Origin: a virus
Taxonomy: Duplodnaviria; Caudoviricetes
Length of the DNA: 54,676 bases
Direction: 5' to 3' (one strand)
IMG/VR virus record: IMGVR_UViG_3300009161_000056
Span: 1-54,676 of that record
In this document: positions 24,223-33,717 of the stretch, piece by piece
How the letters are laid out: each line of letters opens with the position of its first letter
Numbering within the stretch: the stretch's first letter is position 1
Position numbers and translations under genes: made by a program
The notes under the pieces: model-generated
Databases searched by the model: none
Seen by the model: only the letters and a program-made list of their open reading frames with translations
Told to the model about the DNA's origin: nothing

Positions 24223-26733
24223 ATGGCAACACAATTTCCAATTGATCCAAACGCCGAGCGATTTATCGACGGCTTGAAGATGACCGACGATGGTGGTGCT
24301 GTTGCTGACCTGCCTGATGAAGAGGGACTCGATGTAGAGGAGCTTGACGACGGCTCGGCAATCGTTAACTTGCAAGACTTCAAAGGCCCAACAGAAGACG
24401 CAGACTTTTACTCCAACCTCGCGGAGACCATGAACCTCTATGACATGGAGAAGATTGGAATGCGTTACCTTGACCTGATTGAGAAGGACAAGGAGGCTCG
24501 CGAGAAGAGGGACAAACAATACGAAGAGGGACTGAAGCGGACGGGCTTGGGGGATGATGCCCCGGGCGGTGCGAACTTTTTCGGAGCCAGCAAAGTCGTT
24601 CACCCTATCATGGCTGAAGCCTGCGTGGACTTTGCCTCCCGCGCAATCAAAGAGATGTTCCCCCCAGACGGCCCCGTCCGCACCAAGGTGCTTGGCGAGG
24701 TGACTGAGGAGAAGACCAACGTCGCAGAGCGCAAGCGCGACTACATGAACTGGCAGTTGACTGAGCAGATCGAGGAGTTCCGCGACGAGCAAGAACAGTT
24801 GTTGACGCAGTTGCCTTTGGGTGGCTCCCAGTTTATGAAGATTTGGTACGACGAATCCAAGCGCCGCCCCTGCGCTGAGTTTGTGCCTATCGACAACATG
24901 ATCCTGCCCTTTTCTGCTGTGAACTTCTACACCGCCCAGCGCGTGACTGAACAGCAAGACATCACTGGCTGGGAAATGCAACAGCGCATTGACCGTGGCC
25001 TGTACCGCGACATCAGCTTTATTCGCGCAACGGACGAGCCAGAGCAGACCAAAGCTGAGAAGGCCAACGATAAGATTGAAGGCAAAGAATACAACGACAA
25101 CGAAGATGGCCTGCGCCGTGTATTCCACATCTACACTTGGCTGAACATTGACGACGACACAGTGACGGAAGGCGAGACCGCGCCCTACATCCTGATGATC
25201 GATGAGCTTGAGAGCAAAGTGCTTGGCATCTACCGTAACTGGGAAGAGGGCGACAGCACCATGACCAAGCTCGACTGGTTGGTTGAGTTTAAATTCATCC
25301 CTTGGAGGGGCGCGTATGCCATCGGGCTACCTCACCTCATCGGAGGTCTCTCCGCCGCCTTGACGGGCGCATTACGGGCCTTGCTGGATACTGCTCACAT
25401 CAACAACTCCGCCACAATGTTGAAGTTGAAGGGTGCGCGTATCTCTGGCGCAAGTCAGCAGATAGAAGTCACGCAGGTCACTGAGATTGAATCCGCCGTT
25501 GGTGTGGACGACATCCGCAAAATTGCGATGCCCATGCCCTTCAACCCACCTAGCCCTGTGCTGTTTGAGTTGCTAGGCTGGATCACCACTGCCGCCAAAG
25601 GCGTTGTGACAACAGCGGAAGAGAAGATTGCGGATGCCAACAGCAATATGCCAGTGGGCACCACGCAGGCGTTGATCGAGCAGGGAGCCGCAGTGTTCTC
25701 CGCCATTCACGCCCGCCTGCATGAAAGCCAGCGCCGTGTGTTGCAGGTGATCGGTCGTTTGAACCGCTGGTATTTGGACGAGCAAAAACGTGGCGATGTG
25801 GTTGCTGACCTTGAGATCAAGCGCGAAGACTTCAAACGCAACAGCGATGTGATCCCTGTCTCTGACCCTCACATCTTCTCCGAGACTCAGCGTATTGCCC
25901 AGATGCAATCTGTGTTGCAGATGTCTGCACAGTTCCCTGCACTCTTTGACCAACGCGCTGTTGTAAATCGAATGCTCAAGCAGTTGAAGGTTCCAAACGT
26001 CAACGAGTTGATTCCTAACGCAAGCAAGCCTATTGAGATGAATGCCGCAGACGAAAACTCTGCAATGGCATTAGGTCGTCCAGCGTTTGCATACCCCCGT
26101 CAGGATCACTTGGCGCACATCCAAACGCACATGAACTTTGCGCTTGACCCCACCTTGGGATCAAACAAGCTCATGGCCCCCAAGTTCATCCCGAACGCAT
26201 TGGAGCATATCAAGCAACATATGCTGTTGTGGTACACGCAGAACATGAGCAAATACGTCCAAGGCAATGGCGATGTGGACTTTGGCAAATACGAAGACAG
26301 CAAGTTGGTCAAAGAGATCGACAACGCTATCTCGTTGGCCTCTGGTCACATGAAGATTGACTCGCAAGAGGTGTTTGCTGGTTTGTTGCCTGCATTGGAG
26401 CAGTTAGGCCAGATGATGCAACAGTTCAAACCACCACCACCACCGATGGATGGCGAAGCGCAGGCCGTGTTGCAGGCTTCTATGGCAGAGACCCAGCGTC
26501 GCGCCGCAGAGGATCAAGCACGACTTGCCTTCGACACCCAGAAGTTCCAAGCCGAGATGAAGGCAAAGCAGGAGGCAGAGCAGATCAAAGTGGCTATGAA
26601 CGCCGAAAACAATCTGACTACCGAGCGCATTAAGACCGCAGAGTTGACCGTAGACGAGGTCAAGCTACGGCAGGAGCAAGAGAAAACTGCTGTGAAACTT
26701 AACCAAGAAACCCAACGTAACTTAGGAGATTGA
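24223..26733 (+). CDS. Portal protein
   Basis: 836 aa after terminase; FYSNLAE, DYMNWQL, LPLGGSQFMK, PVGTTQALIE, SAIHARLH motifs; C-terminal coiled coil (P22-like). Confidence 0.9.
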   Translation: MATQFPIDPNAERFIDGLKMTDDGGAVADLPDEEGLDVEELDDGSAIVNLQDFKGPTEDADFYSNLAETMNLYDMEKIGMRYLDLIEKDKEAREKRDKQYEEGLKRTGLGDDAPGGANFFGASKVVHPIMAEACVDFASRAIKEMFPPDGPVRTKVLGEVTEEKTNVAERKRDYMNWQLTEQIEEFRDEQEQLLTQLPLGGSQFMKIWYDESKRRPCAEFVPIDNMILPFSAVNFYTAQRVTEQQDITGWEMQQRIDRGLYRDISFIRATDEPEQTKAEKANDKIEGKEYNDNEDGLRRVFHIYTWLNIDDDTVTEGETAPYILMIDELESKVLGIYRNWEEGDSTMTKLDWLVEFKFIPWRGAYAIGLPHLIGGLSAALTGALRALLDTAHINNSATMLKLKGARISGASQQIEVTQVTEIESAVGVDDIRKIAMPMPFNPPSPVLFELLGWITTAAKGVVTTAEEKIADANSNMPVGTTQALIEQGAAVFSAIHARLHESQRRVLQVIGRLNRWYLDEQKRGDVVADLEIKREDFKRNSDVIPVSDPHIFSETQRIAQMQSVLQMSAQFPALFDQRAVVNRMLKQLKVPNVNELIPNASKPIEMNAADENSAMALGRPAFAYPRQDHLAHIQTHMNFALDPTLGSNKLMAPKFIPNALEHIKQHMLLWYTQNMSKYVQGNGDVDFGKYEDSKLVKEIDNAISLASGHMKIDSQEVFAGLLPALEQLGQMMQQFKPPPPPMDGEAQAVLQASMAETQRRAAEDQARLAFDTQKFQAEMKAKQEAEQIKVAMNAENNLTTERIKTAELTVDEVKLRQEQEKTAVKLNQETQRNLGD

Positions 26734-26734
26734 A

Positions 26735-26914
26735 ATGGCTACTACTGACAAAGAGCAACAAGATGAAACTGTAAAACAGCACACCCGCATGGCGGCTGGC
26801 GCTTGGGTAACAGGAAGCGAATTAAAAGAGAAGGGCACGGCAACGATGCCAAAAGCCAACAGCGACCACGGGAATTTCTCCCAAAACAAGGGCGTTGACA
26901 AGAAAAACGCATGA
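26735..26914 (+). CDS. Small hypothetical protein (59 aa, not in ORF track)
   Basis: MATTDKEQQDETVKQHTRMAAGAWV...; AGGAG RBS; ATGA overlap with next gene. Confidence 0.6.
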   Translation: MATTDKEQQDETVKQHTRMAAGAWVTGSELKEKGTATMPKANSDHGNFSQNKGVDKKNA

Positions 26915-27096
26915 GGTATACCTCCGACTTCATCGGCGCTGTAAAAGCGCGTAAAGAAGCTATTACGCAGAGTTTGGCAGTGGGTAACGCCTCTGACTAC
27001 CCTGCGTATCAGCGACTGGTCGGACATATCGCTGGACTTGAAGAAGCCCTTGTCATTCTTGATAACCTTTTAAAGGAAGAAGACGATGACAGATAG
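26911..27096 (+). CDS. Small head-module protein (61 aa)
   Basis: LAVGNASDYPAYQRLVGHIAGL, typical of the small gene preceding phage GroES. Confidence 0.7.
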   Translation: MRYTSDFIGAVKARKEAITQSLAVGNASDYPAYQRLVGHIAGLEEALVILDNLLKEEDDDR

Positions 27097-27520
27097 CACG
27101 GTGGCTGGTAATTCAGCCGATTTGCGGGAAGCCTTTCCTGCTGTAGACCCCGGAGCGAAACCCCTTGGCGCACGAGTTTTAGTACAACTGCGTCGAACAA
27201 AGAAGACGGTAACTGCAAGCGGGATTGTTCTGGTCTCAGAGACCAGAGAAACCGAGAAGTGGCAAAACATGGTCGCGAAAGTGATCGAGATCGGCCCATT
27301 GGCGTTTAAGAAGCGCGACACAATGGAACCGTGGCCCGAAGGTTCATGGTGTGAAGTTGGTGATTATCTTCGCGTCCCTAAGTGGGGCGGTGATCGTTGG
27401 GAGGTTCCAGTCCCTGACGCAGAACAAGATGATGACCCAGCGTTGTTTATGGTTCTAAACGACCATGAAATCATCGCAAAACTTACTGGTGACCCCCTTG
27501 CAATGAAGGCATTCATATGA
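27086..27520 (+). CDS. groES: GroES-like co-chaperonin
   Basis: KPLGARVLV, TASGIVL, AKVIEIGP, EVGD, LNDHEII. Confidence 0.85.
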   Translation: MTDSTVAGNSADLREAFPAVDPGAKPLGARVLVQLRRTKKTVTASGIVLVSETRETEKWQNMVAKVIEIGPLAFKKRDTMEPWPEGSWCEVGDYLRVPKWGGDRWEVPVPDAEQDDDPALFMVLNDHEIIAKLTGDPLAMKAFI

Positions 27521-28488
27521 GTACCGAAACAGAACAAGAAGTAATCGTCATCCAAGAGGAGAAAGACGGCTCCGCGACGATTGACTTACCCGCAAGCATC
27601 CCTTCGCCTGATGCAAATCACGAAGAGGACTCCGAAGAGGCTGATGAAGCCGCTAGACGGGCCGAAATGGCCTCTGGTGGTGAAGTAGACGCTGACGCTG
27701 AAGCCCTAAGAGAGCAGAAACGCCTCAAAAGACTCAAGCGCAAGGAGTACCACAAGGCTGTCTCAACCGAAAAAGACCACAAACTGGACTTTTTAAGCCG
27801 CCAAAACCAAGAATTGCTCGAAAGACTGTCGGTTTTGGAGAAAAAGTCGCATGGAAGTGACCTTGCTCGCCTCAATAAGGCGATGGAAGACCAGCACAAC
27901 CGTATTTTGTTTGCAAAACAGAAGATTTCAGAGGCAACTAGCACTGGCAACGGTGAATTGCTGACTTCTGCACAGGAAATGTGGTTTGAAGCCCGCCGCC
28001 AGTTTGAGGCATTGGACGCAGTCAAGAAAAAAGCGACTGCCCAGCCCCGCCAGCGGACTATTCAAGCCCCTGATCCTCAATTGCAAAAACACGCATCCTC
28101 TTGGATGGAAAACAATCAGTGGTACGACCCTAATGGTCGCGACGCTGATTCAAGAGTTGCGCTAACGATTGACCAAGCAATGGCTGAAGAGGGTTGGAAC
28201 CCCAAAACTCCTCAATATTGGGAGGAGCTTGACAGCCGCTTGCAAAAGTATCTACCTCACAGGTATACTGGAGAGGCAGACGAGAGACCATCTCAAAAGC
28301 GCCCAAGAAACTTTGTGACTGGGTCAGGCCGCGAAAGTGCGTCGAGTAGTGCGATTGGCAAAAATCAGTTTGCGTTAACACGCGAACAGGTCAGCGCAAT
28401 GAAAGATGCTGGAATGTGGGATGACCCCGATAAACGCGCAAAAATGATTCGTCGTTATGCGCTTGAAGCTAAACAACTTAGGAGCTAA
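27517..28488 (+). CDS. Putative capsid scaffolding protein
   Basis: Acidic N-terminus, coiled coil, WMENNQWY and YWEELDSRL motifs; position before capsid. Confidence 0.7.
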   Translation: MSTETEQEVIVIQEEKDGSATIDLPASIPSPDANHEEDSEEADEAARRAEMASGGEVDADAEALREQKRLKRLKRKEYHKAVSTEKDHKLDFLSRQNQELLERLSVLEKKSHGSDLARLNKAMEDQHNRILFAKQKISEATSTGNGELLTSAQEMWFEARRQFEALDAVKKKATAQPRQRTIQAPDPQLQKHASSWMENNQWYDPNGRDADSRVALTIDQAMAEEGWNPKTPQYWEELDSRLQKYLPHRYTGEADERPSQKRPRNFVTGSGRESASSSAIGKNQFALTREQVSAMKDAGMWDDPDKRAKMIRRYALEAKQLRS

Positions 28489-28490
28489 AA

Positions 28491-29024
28491 ATGGATTCTC
28501 GTTTAAAAAAATCATTGTCTGCTGGTGGACGCGAAAGCCGCGCGAGTCTTGACTCTAGTCGAGAGGCACCAGAACAGCAGTTCGTGTCAGCCGAAGAACG
28601 TCGCAAGATGTGGAAGGACGAATGGACACAAAGCGCATTGCCTGCTATTCCCGAAATCAAGGGATGGCACCTTTGCTGGTTATCGACCACGAATAGTTAT
28701 GACAGCATCGACAAGCGTATTCGTCTAGGTTACGTCCCTGTGAAAGCAGAGGAAGTCCCCGGGATGGATGGCAACAAAGTCAAAGCTGGGGAACACGTTG
28801 GATTTATTGCGTGTAATGAGATGCTCTTGTACAAAATTCCAATGGAAATGTATCAAGATGTCATGGCTCATTTTCACCATGAAGCGCCACTTGAAGATGC
28901 GAACAAGATTCGCCTTCAGGCAGAGCAGGTTCAGGGTCGCGATAGTTCTGGCAAGCCGTTAGGCCGTGTCGAAGGCGAAGGGTTGGATTATATTGATAAA
29001 CCGATGCCAACACCTGTTTTTTAA
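28491..29024 (+). CDS. Head-module hypothetical protein
   Basis: 177 aa in operon between scaffold and capsid genes. Confidence 0.75.
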   Translation: MDSRLKKSLSAGGRESRASLDSSREAPEQQFVSAEERRKMWKDEWTQSALPAIPEIKGWHLCWLSTTNSYDSIDKRIRLGYVPVKAEEVPGMDGNKVKAGEHVGFIACNEMLLYKIPMEMYQDVMAHFHHEAPLEDANKIRLQAEQVQGRDSSGKPLGRVEGEGLDYIDKPMPTPVF

Positions 29025-29066
29025 TAAAACAAGTTGGTTTTTGTAAACTGATCATAGGAGAGACAA

Positions 29067-29639
29067 ATGTCTTCACTCAATCAGCCGTTCGGTCTGCGTC
29101 CTTCGTACCACCCCACTGGGTTGGATCGTGCGGTCGCACTCGCTGGCGGCATCGCCTCTGGTTACAGCACTGGTATTTTGAAAGGCCAGCCTGTAGCCCT
29201 TAACACGAGCGGAAATATCATCGCCGCAACTGCTGGTAGCGCCTATCAAGGTGCTTTCGCTGGTTGCGAGTGGACTGATACCACTGGTCGTCGTCAAATC
29301 AGCAACCAATGGACTGCAAACACTGCATACCAAACTGGTTCTAATGTGACTTACTACTACTCTGACCCCAATATCGTTTACGACATTCAGGCAGATGGTA
29401 GCTTGGCACAAACCTCCATTGGAGATCAAGCAAACTTTACAAACATCACTGCTGGTTCAACAACCACAGGTTTGTCTCAATGCACAATCTCTACTTCGTT
29501 GGCAGGTTCTAGTGCAGTTGGTGATATGCGTATCATCGGCTTGACTCCTGCCGTTGACAACGCTTGGGGCGATGCTTACACAGTTGTGCAAGTACAAGTC
29601 TCTCGCAGTCAATACGTCGCAACCATTAACGCCATCTAA
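29067..29639 (+). CDS. Putative capsid decoration/cement protein
   Basis: PFGLRP N-terminus, small-residue beta-rich, directly before MCP; AGGAG RBS. Confidence 0.7.
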   Translation: MSSLNQPFGLRPSYHPTGLDRAVALAGGIASGYSTGILKGQPVALNTSGNIIAATAGSAYQGAFAGCEWTDTTGRRQISNQWTANTAYQTGSNVTYYYSDPNIVYDIQADGSLAQTSIGDQANFTNITAGSTTTGLSQCTISTSLAGSSAVGDMRIIGLTPAVDNAWGDAYTVVQVQVSRSQYVATINAI

Positions 29640-29650
29640 GGAGTCCAATC

Positions 29651-30565
29651 ATGGCCGCACCAATGCGAAGTACGGACTTTAGAAGCATCGTTGAGCCTAT
29701 CCTCAATGAATGCTTCGATGGAGTCTATGATCAACGTACCGATGAATGGTCACGAATTTTCCGTGAACAAGAAGGTATTCCCCGTAACTACCACGAAGAG
29801 CCAGTCCTTTATGGATTTGGTGCCGCACCTCAACTGCCTGACGGAACTCCTGTTTCGTATCAGCAGGGTGGTGTTCTCTTCTTGCAACGCTATGTGTACA
29901 ACGTGTATGGCCTCGCCTTCGCATTGACCAAAGTGTTGGTTGAAGATGGCGACCATATCCGTATCGGTCAAGTTTACGCAAAGCACTTGGCTCAATCTCT
30001 GATTGAAACCAAAGAGACTTTGTCTGCAAACGTGTTGAACCGCGCCTTCAACAGCGCGTACCCCGGCGGTGACGGCGTGGCACTTAACAGTGCTTCACAC
30101 CCCATCGTGAACGGTACATTTAGCAACTTGTTGGCTACATCTGCAAACTTGTCTCAAACATCGCTTGAGCAAATGTTGATTCAGATTCGCCAAGCAGTGG
30201 ACAACAACCAGAAGAAGATTCGCTTGGTTCCCCGCCAATTGGTGGTGGCCCCGGGCAACGTCTTCCAAGCTGAAGTGTTGCTCAAGTCTGTCTTGCGTTC
30301 TGGCACCGCTAACAACGACCTCAACCCTGTCAAGTCAATTGGCTTGCTGGACGAAGGTGCCGCTGTTATCAGCCGTTTGACTTCATCTACCGCATGGTGG
30401 GTGCAGACTGACGCTCCTGAAGGCATGAAGTTGCTGATGCGTCGCAAGTTGGAGAAGACGATGGAAGGCGATTTTGAAACTGACTCTATGCGCTACAAAG
30501 CGACAGAGCGTTATCAAGTTGGCTTCACTGATCCTCGTGCGATGTACGGCACACCCGGCGTCTAA
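29651..30565 (+). CDS. Major capsid protein (HK97 fold, Mu gpT-like)
   Basis: 304 aa; EEPVLYGFG, GGDGVAL.SASHP, ERYQVGFTDPRAMYG; followed by terminator. Confidence 0.9.
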   Translation: MAAPMRSTDFRSIVEPILNECFDGVYDQRTDEWSRIFREQEGIPRNYHEEPVLYGFGAAPQLPDGTPVSYQQGGVLFLQRYVYNVYGLAFALTKVLVEDGDHIRIGQVYAKHLAQSLIETKETLSANVLNRAFNSAYPGGDGVALNSASHPIVNGTFSNLLATSANLSQTSLEQMLIQIRQAVDNNQKKIRLVPRQLVVAPGNVFQAEVLLKSVLRSGTANNDLNPVKSIGLLDEGAAVISRLTSSTAWWVQTDAPEGMKLLMRRKLEKTMEGDFETDSMRYKATERYQVGFTDPRAMYGTPGV

Positions 30566-30574
30566 ACGCCAAGC

Positions 30575-30606
30575 AGGGGCGGGGATAACACCCTGCCCCT
30601 TTTTTT
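30575..30606 (+). terminator. Intrinsic terminator after capsid gene
   Basis: AGGGGCGGGG-ataaca-CCCTGCCCCT followed by T-run. Confidence 0.85.
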
Positions 30607-30638
30607 AATGTTTGGTCAAACTTTTCAAGGAGCAGACC

Positions 30639-31616
30639 ATGCCCCAATTTTCAGATGATCTTTTTCTAGGCTCCGCCATTACCTATCAAGGTATGGATGC
30701 CTATCCTGCTGTTGCGACTTTCACGGGTTCAATTTCTACCACTACACTAACCGTCACCGCTATGCTGTCTGGTGATCCAATTACTGTTGGTATGTTTATT
30801 GACAGTTCAACGTCACTCACCAATGGAACTTACATTACCGCTTTTGGTACAGGTTCTGGCGGTACAGGTACTTACACGGTCAGTGCCTCACAAACTGTAG
30901 CAAGCGCTACGATCATTGGTTCTGGTAATGCTTTGTTGCAAAACCCATCTCCCATGAGCGTAGGTGTTGGCCCACTGGGTCGTGTTTATATTTGGGACGC
31001 TGTACCACAAGCAAAATTGACAACCAACATTGTTGCCGCTGTCATCACAACTGCTACCACGCTTACGCTTGCCGCAGGTGCAGGTGTGACATCCACAACC
31101 ATAACTGGTGGTGGTACGGGTTTGCAACTTGACTGCCCTCGTGCGGTTTCCACAACCACAGGCGCGGGTACTCCGACTTCTGTCAACATTACTGTTTCTG
31201 GTTACGACTACTACGGTCAAGCCATGAGCGAGGTAATTGCAACAGGAACAGTAGCTTCAACTACTGTAAACGGTAAAAAAGCCTTCTACCAAATTGCCAG
31301 TGTTACTGCTTCTGGTGCAAGTGTTGTAACCGTTGCGGTAGGTACAACCGACATCTTGGGTGCGCCATTGCGTATCACTGATAGAGGCTACGTCACCCGT
31401 GCGGGCTGGGACAATACTTTGGCTGAAGATGGTGGAACTATGACTGTTGCCGCTACCGCCACAGCTACCACCACAACTGGTGATGTAAGGGGTACTTACT
31501 TGCCATCTTCGGCGGCAGACGGTATCAAGCGCCTTGTGATGGGAATAGCCCTGCCAGCAATTGCGGCAGGCCCGAATGCAACCCGTGTTGGCGCGTTTGG
31601 CGTCACACAAGCATAA
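30639..31616 (+). CDS. Putative structural (head fibre/decoration) protein
   Basis: 325 aa T/G/A-rich beta protein; AAGGAG RBS. Confidence 0.65.
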   Translation: MPQFSDDLFLGSAITYQGMDAYPAVATFTGSISTTTLTVTAMLSGDPITVGMFIDSSTSLTNGTYITAFGTGSGGTGTYTVSASQTVASATIIGSGNALLQNPSPMSVGVGPLGRVYIWDAVPQAKLTTNIVAAVITTATTLTLAAGAGVTSTTITGGGTGLQLDCPRAVSTTTGAGTPTSVNITVSGYDYYGQAMSEVIATGTVASTTVNGKKAFYQIASVTASGASVVTVAVGTTDILGAPLRITDRGYVTRAGWDNTLAEDGGTMTVAATATATTTTGDVRGTYLPSSAADGIKRLVMGIALPAIAAGPNATRVGAFGVTQA

Positions 31617-31626
31617 GGAGAGCGAC

Positions 31627-32718
31627 ATGGGTCAATTCAAACCGATGGTCAAGATGGAGACCACTGAGCCTTCAGTCATACTGAAACTCAAAAAAGGCGG
31701 TCATGTAAACATGAAAAAGGGTGGCAAGGCGGAAGCTGGTCACAAGAAGATGGCTGACGGTGGTGGTGCTATGGGCGCTTTGATGGGCACCCCAGCACTG
31801 GTTGGTCGTCCTGCGGTGAACGCTCCCGTGCAGTCCCCCGGCAAGCCTTCGATGGCCTCACGCCGCAAGGCAATGATGGCTAAGAAGCCCGCTATGGGCA
31901 TGGGCACCCCTTCTGGCCCCGCAATGCCTGCTGGCAATCCAGCAATGCCTGCAATGAAAAAAGGCGGCAAGATGGCGGAAGGCGGCAAGTCTGACAAAGC
32001 TCAAGACAAAGCCATGATCAAGAAGGCTTTTAAGCAACACGATATGCAAGAGCATATGGGCGGCAAAGGCACTTCATTGAAACTCAAAAAGGGCGGCATG
32101 AAGAAGTACGCTTCTGGTGGTGCTATTCCTTCCGAGACAACTTCTGGTTCTTACGACACCACGTTGATGCACCAAGCCAAGAAAGACACTGCCAGCGGTA
32201 CTGGCGGCGTAAAACTAGGCAACGCTGGTGGATTTAAAAAGGGCGGCAAGGCTTTGAAGATGGCAACGGGTGGAGCAATCCCATCTGAGACAACCTCTGG
32301 CAATTACGACACTACTTTGATGCATCAGGCCGCGCCTGATAACTCTAGGGCCGTAACGGGCGGCGTTCGATATGGAAATGCTGGCGGTTTTAAAACTGGC
32401 GGCGTGACTGAATCTAACGGCGGTGGTTATCGCAAAGGCGGTGCCGCAAAAAAGTTTGCTGATGGGGGGAAAGTGCAAGACGACGGTGGCCCTGAGAAGA
32501 TGCCACAAGGTCGTAAGCCTGCCTCCCAGCCAGTAGAGATCAATATGCTCTCTGGCGCTTTTAAAAATGGCGGTAAAGTGGCCCCGGGGAACAAGGCGCT
32601 CCAAGCCAGTTTTAACAAGACCAACGCTCCTGCAATGCGTGAAGCAAAAGCAAAGAGTGTTGAGGCTTACGCCCCAATGGGTTCCGTAGTTCGCAAGAAC
32701 AGAGGCGGGATGTGCTGA
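31627..32718 (+). CDS. Basic low-complexity protein with 13-14 [MLFY][AKR]xGG motifs
   Basis: TAAGGAG RBS; 363 aa K/G/M/A-rich; internal 51-aa duplication. Confidence 0.8.
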   Translation: MGQFKPMVKMETTEPSVILKLKKGGHVNMKKGGKAEAGHKKMADGGGAMGALMGTPALVGRPAVNAPVQSPGKPSMASRRKAMMAKKPAMGMGTPSGPAMPAGNPAMPAMKKGGKMAEGGKSDKAQDKAMIKKAFKQHDMQEHMGGKGTSLKLKKGGMKKYASGGAIPSETTSGSYDTTLMHQAKKDTASGTGGVKLGNAGGFKKGGKALKMATGGAIPSETTSGNYDTTLMHQAAPDNSRAVTGGVRYGNAGGFKTGGVTESNGGGYRKGGAAKKFADGGKVQDDGGPEKMPQGRKPASQPVEINMLSGAFKNGGKVAPGNKALQASFNKTNAPAMREAKAKSVEAYAPMGSVVRKNRGGMC

Positions 32719-32724
32719 AATAAG

Positions 32725-32749
32725 GTAGGGGCTTCGGCCCCTGCTTTTT
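32725..32749 (+). terminator. Intrinsic terminator
   Basis: GTAGGGGC-TTCG-GCCCCTGC followed by TTTTT. Confidence 0.85.
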
Positions 32750-32762
32750 ATTGGAGATAACT

Positions 32763-33179
32763 ATGGCTGATGCAGTCGCAAGTCAAACGCTCATGGACGG
32801 TGAGCGCGTTGCAATTATGAAATTTACAAACACCAGTGATGGCACTGGTGAGACCAATGTGGTTAAAGTCAATCCTGCGTCGCTGACCCCTTCGGGTTCT
32901 GGCGGTGCTTGCGACCGCGTCACGATTACAAAAGTCACTGGGTTGACGCACGGCATGGAAGTGCAGTTGAAGTGGAAGGCAACTACGCCTGTGGTTATTG
33001 AAACGATCCCACAGAACAACTCGTACACGCAAGACTACAGCAAAATTGGCGGATTGACCAACAATGCAGGCACTGGCGTGGATGGCGCAATTACATTCAC
33101 CACTTTGGATGCAAGTGCTGGCGATACTTACACTGTAGTGCTTGAAATGGTCAAGCATTATGTAAATCCGCTAGGTTAA
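32763..33179 (+). CDS. Putative structural protein (138 aa)
   Basis: GGAG RBS; beta-rich; late operon. Confidence 0.7.
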   Translation: MADAVASQTLMDGERVAIMKFTNTSDGTGETNVVKVNPASLTPSGSGGACDRVTITKVTGLTHGMEVQLKWKATTPVVIETIPQNNSYTQDYSKIGGLTNNAGTGVDGAITFTTLDASAGDTYTVVLEMVKHYVNPLG

Positions 33180-33181
33180 TC

Positions 33182-33706
33182 ATGCCAAGCAAATCACCTT
33201 CCCAACATCGTTTGATGGAGGCGGTCGCACATAACCCTGCGTTCGCCAAAAAGGTGGGTATTCCCCAAAAAGTTGGCAAAGAGTTTGCTCGTGCTGATGA
33301 GGGGAAAAAACTTAAAGGAGGCGGTCTATATGACAACATCAATGCAAAACGTCAAAGAATCGCTGAAGGTTCTGGCGAAAAAATGCGCCGAGTGGGTAGC
33401 AAAGGTGCGCCAACGGCTGAAGCCTTCCGAGAGTCAGCAAAAACCGCCAAATTAAAAGATGGCGGGCCAAGTCTTGCTGTTGGACGGGGTGAAAAATTAT
33501 CCGTTGAAAAGGGCGCAGGGCTTACGCAAAAGGGCAGAGACAAATACAATAGAGAGACTGGTTCTCACTTGAAAGCTCCACAGCCTCAAGGCGGTGCCCG
33601 TAAGGATTCATTTTGTGCCCGCATGAGCGGGGTGGTTGAACATTCAAAAGGGGACGCTCCACGCGCCAAAGCATCGCTGAAGCGGTGGGACTGCCCCGGC
33701 TGGTAA
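33182..33706 (+). CDS. Basic three-module protein with C-terminal DUF6321-like domain
   Basis: RKDSFCARMSG...ASLKRWDC; modules separated by LKGGG and LKDGG. Confidence 0.65.
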   Translation: MPSKSPSQHRLMEAVAHNPAFAKKVGIPQKVGKEFARADEGKKLKGGGLYDNINAKRQRIAEGSGEKMRRVGSKGAPTAEAFRESAKTAKLKDGGPSLAVGRGEKLSVEKGAGLTQKGRDKYNRETGSHLKAPQPQGGARKDSFCARMSGVVEHSKGDAPRAKASLKRWDCPGW

Positions 33707-33717
33707 GGACACATAAC

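Noticed and set aside
24193-25128. Long antisense ORFs (also 48274..49005, 52078..53028 and many others)
   Set aside because: Shadows of biased-codon sense genes; no RBS or recognisable motifs.
27086-27520. Phage GroES as a novelty
   Set aside because: Co-chaperonins in head modules are well known (T4 gp31 and many aquatic phages).
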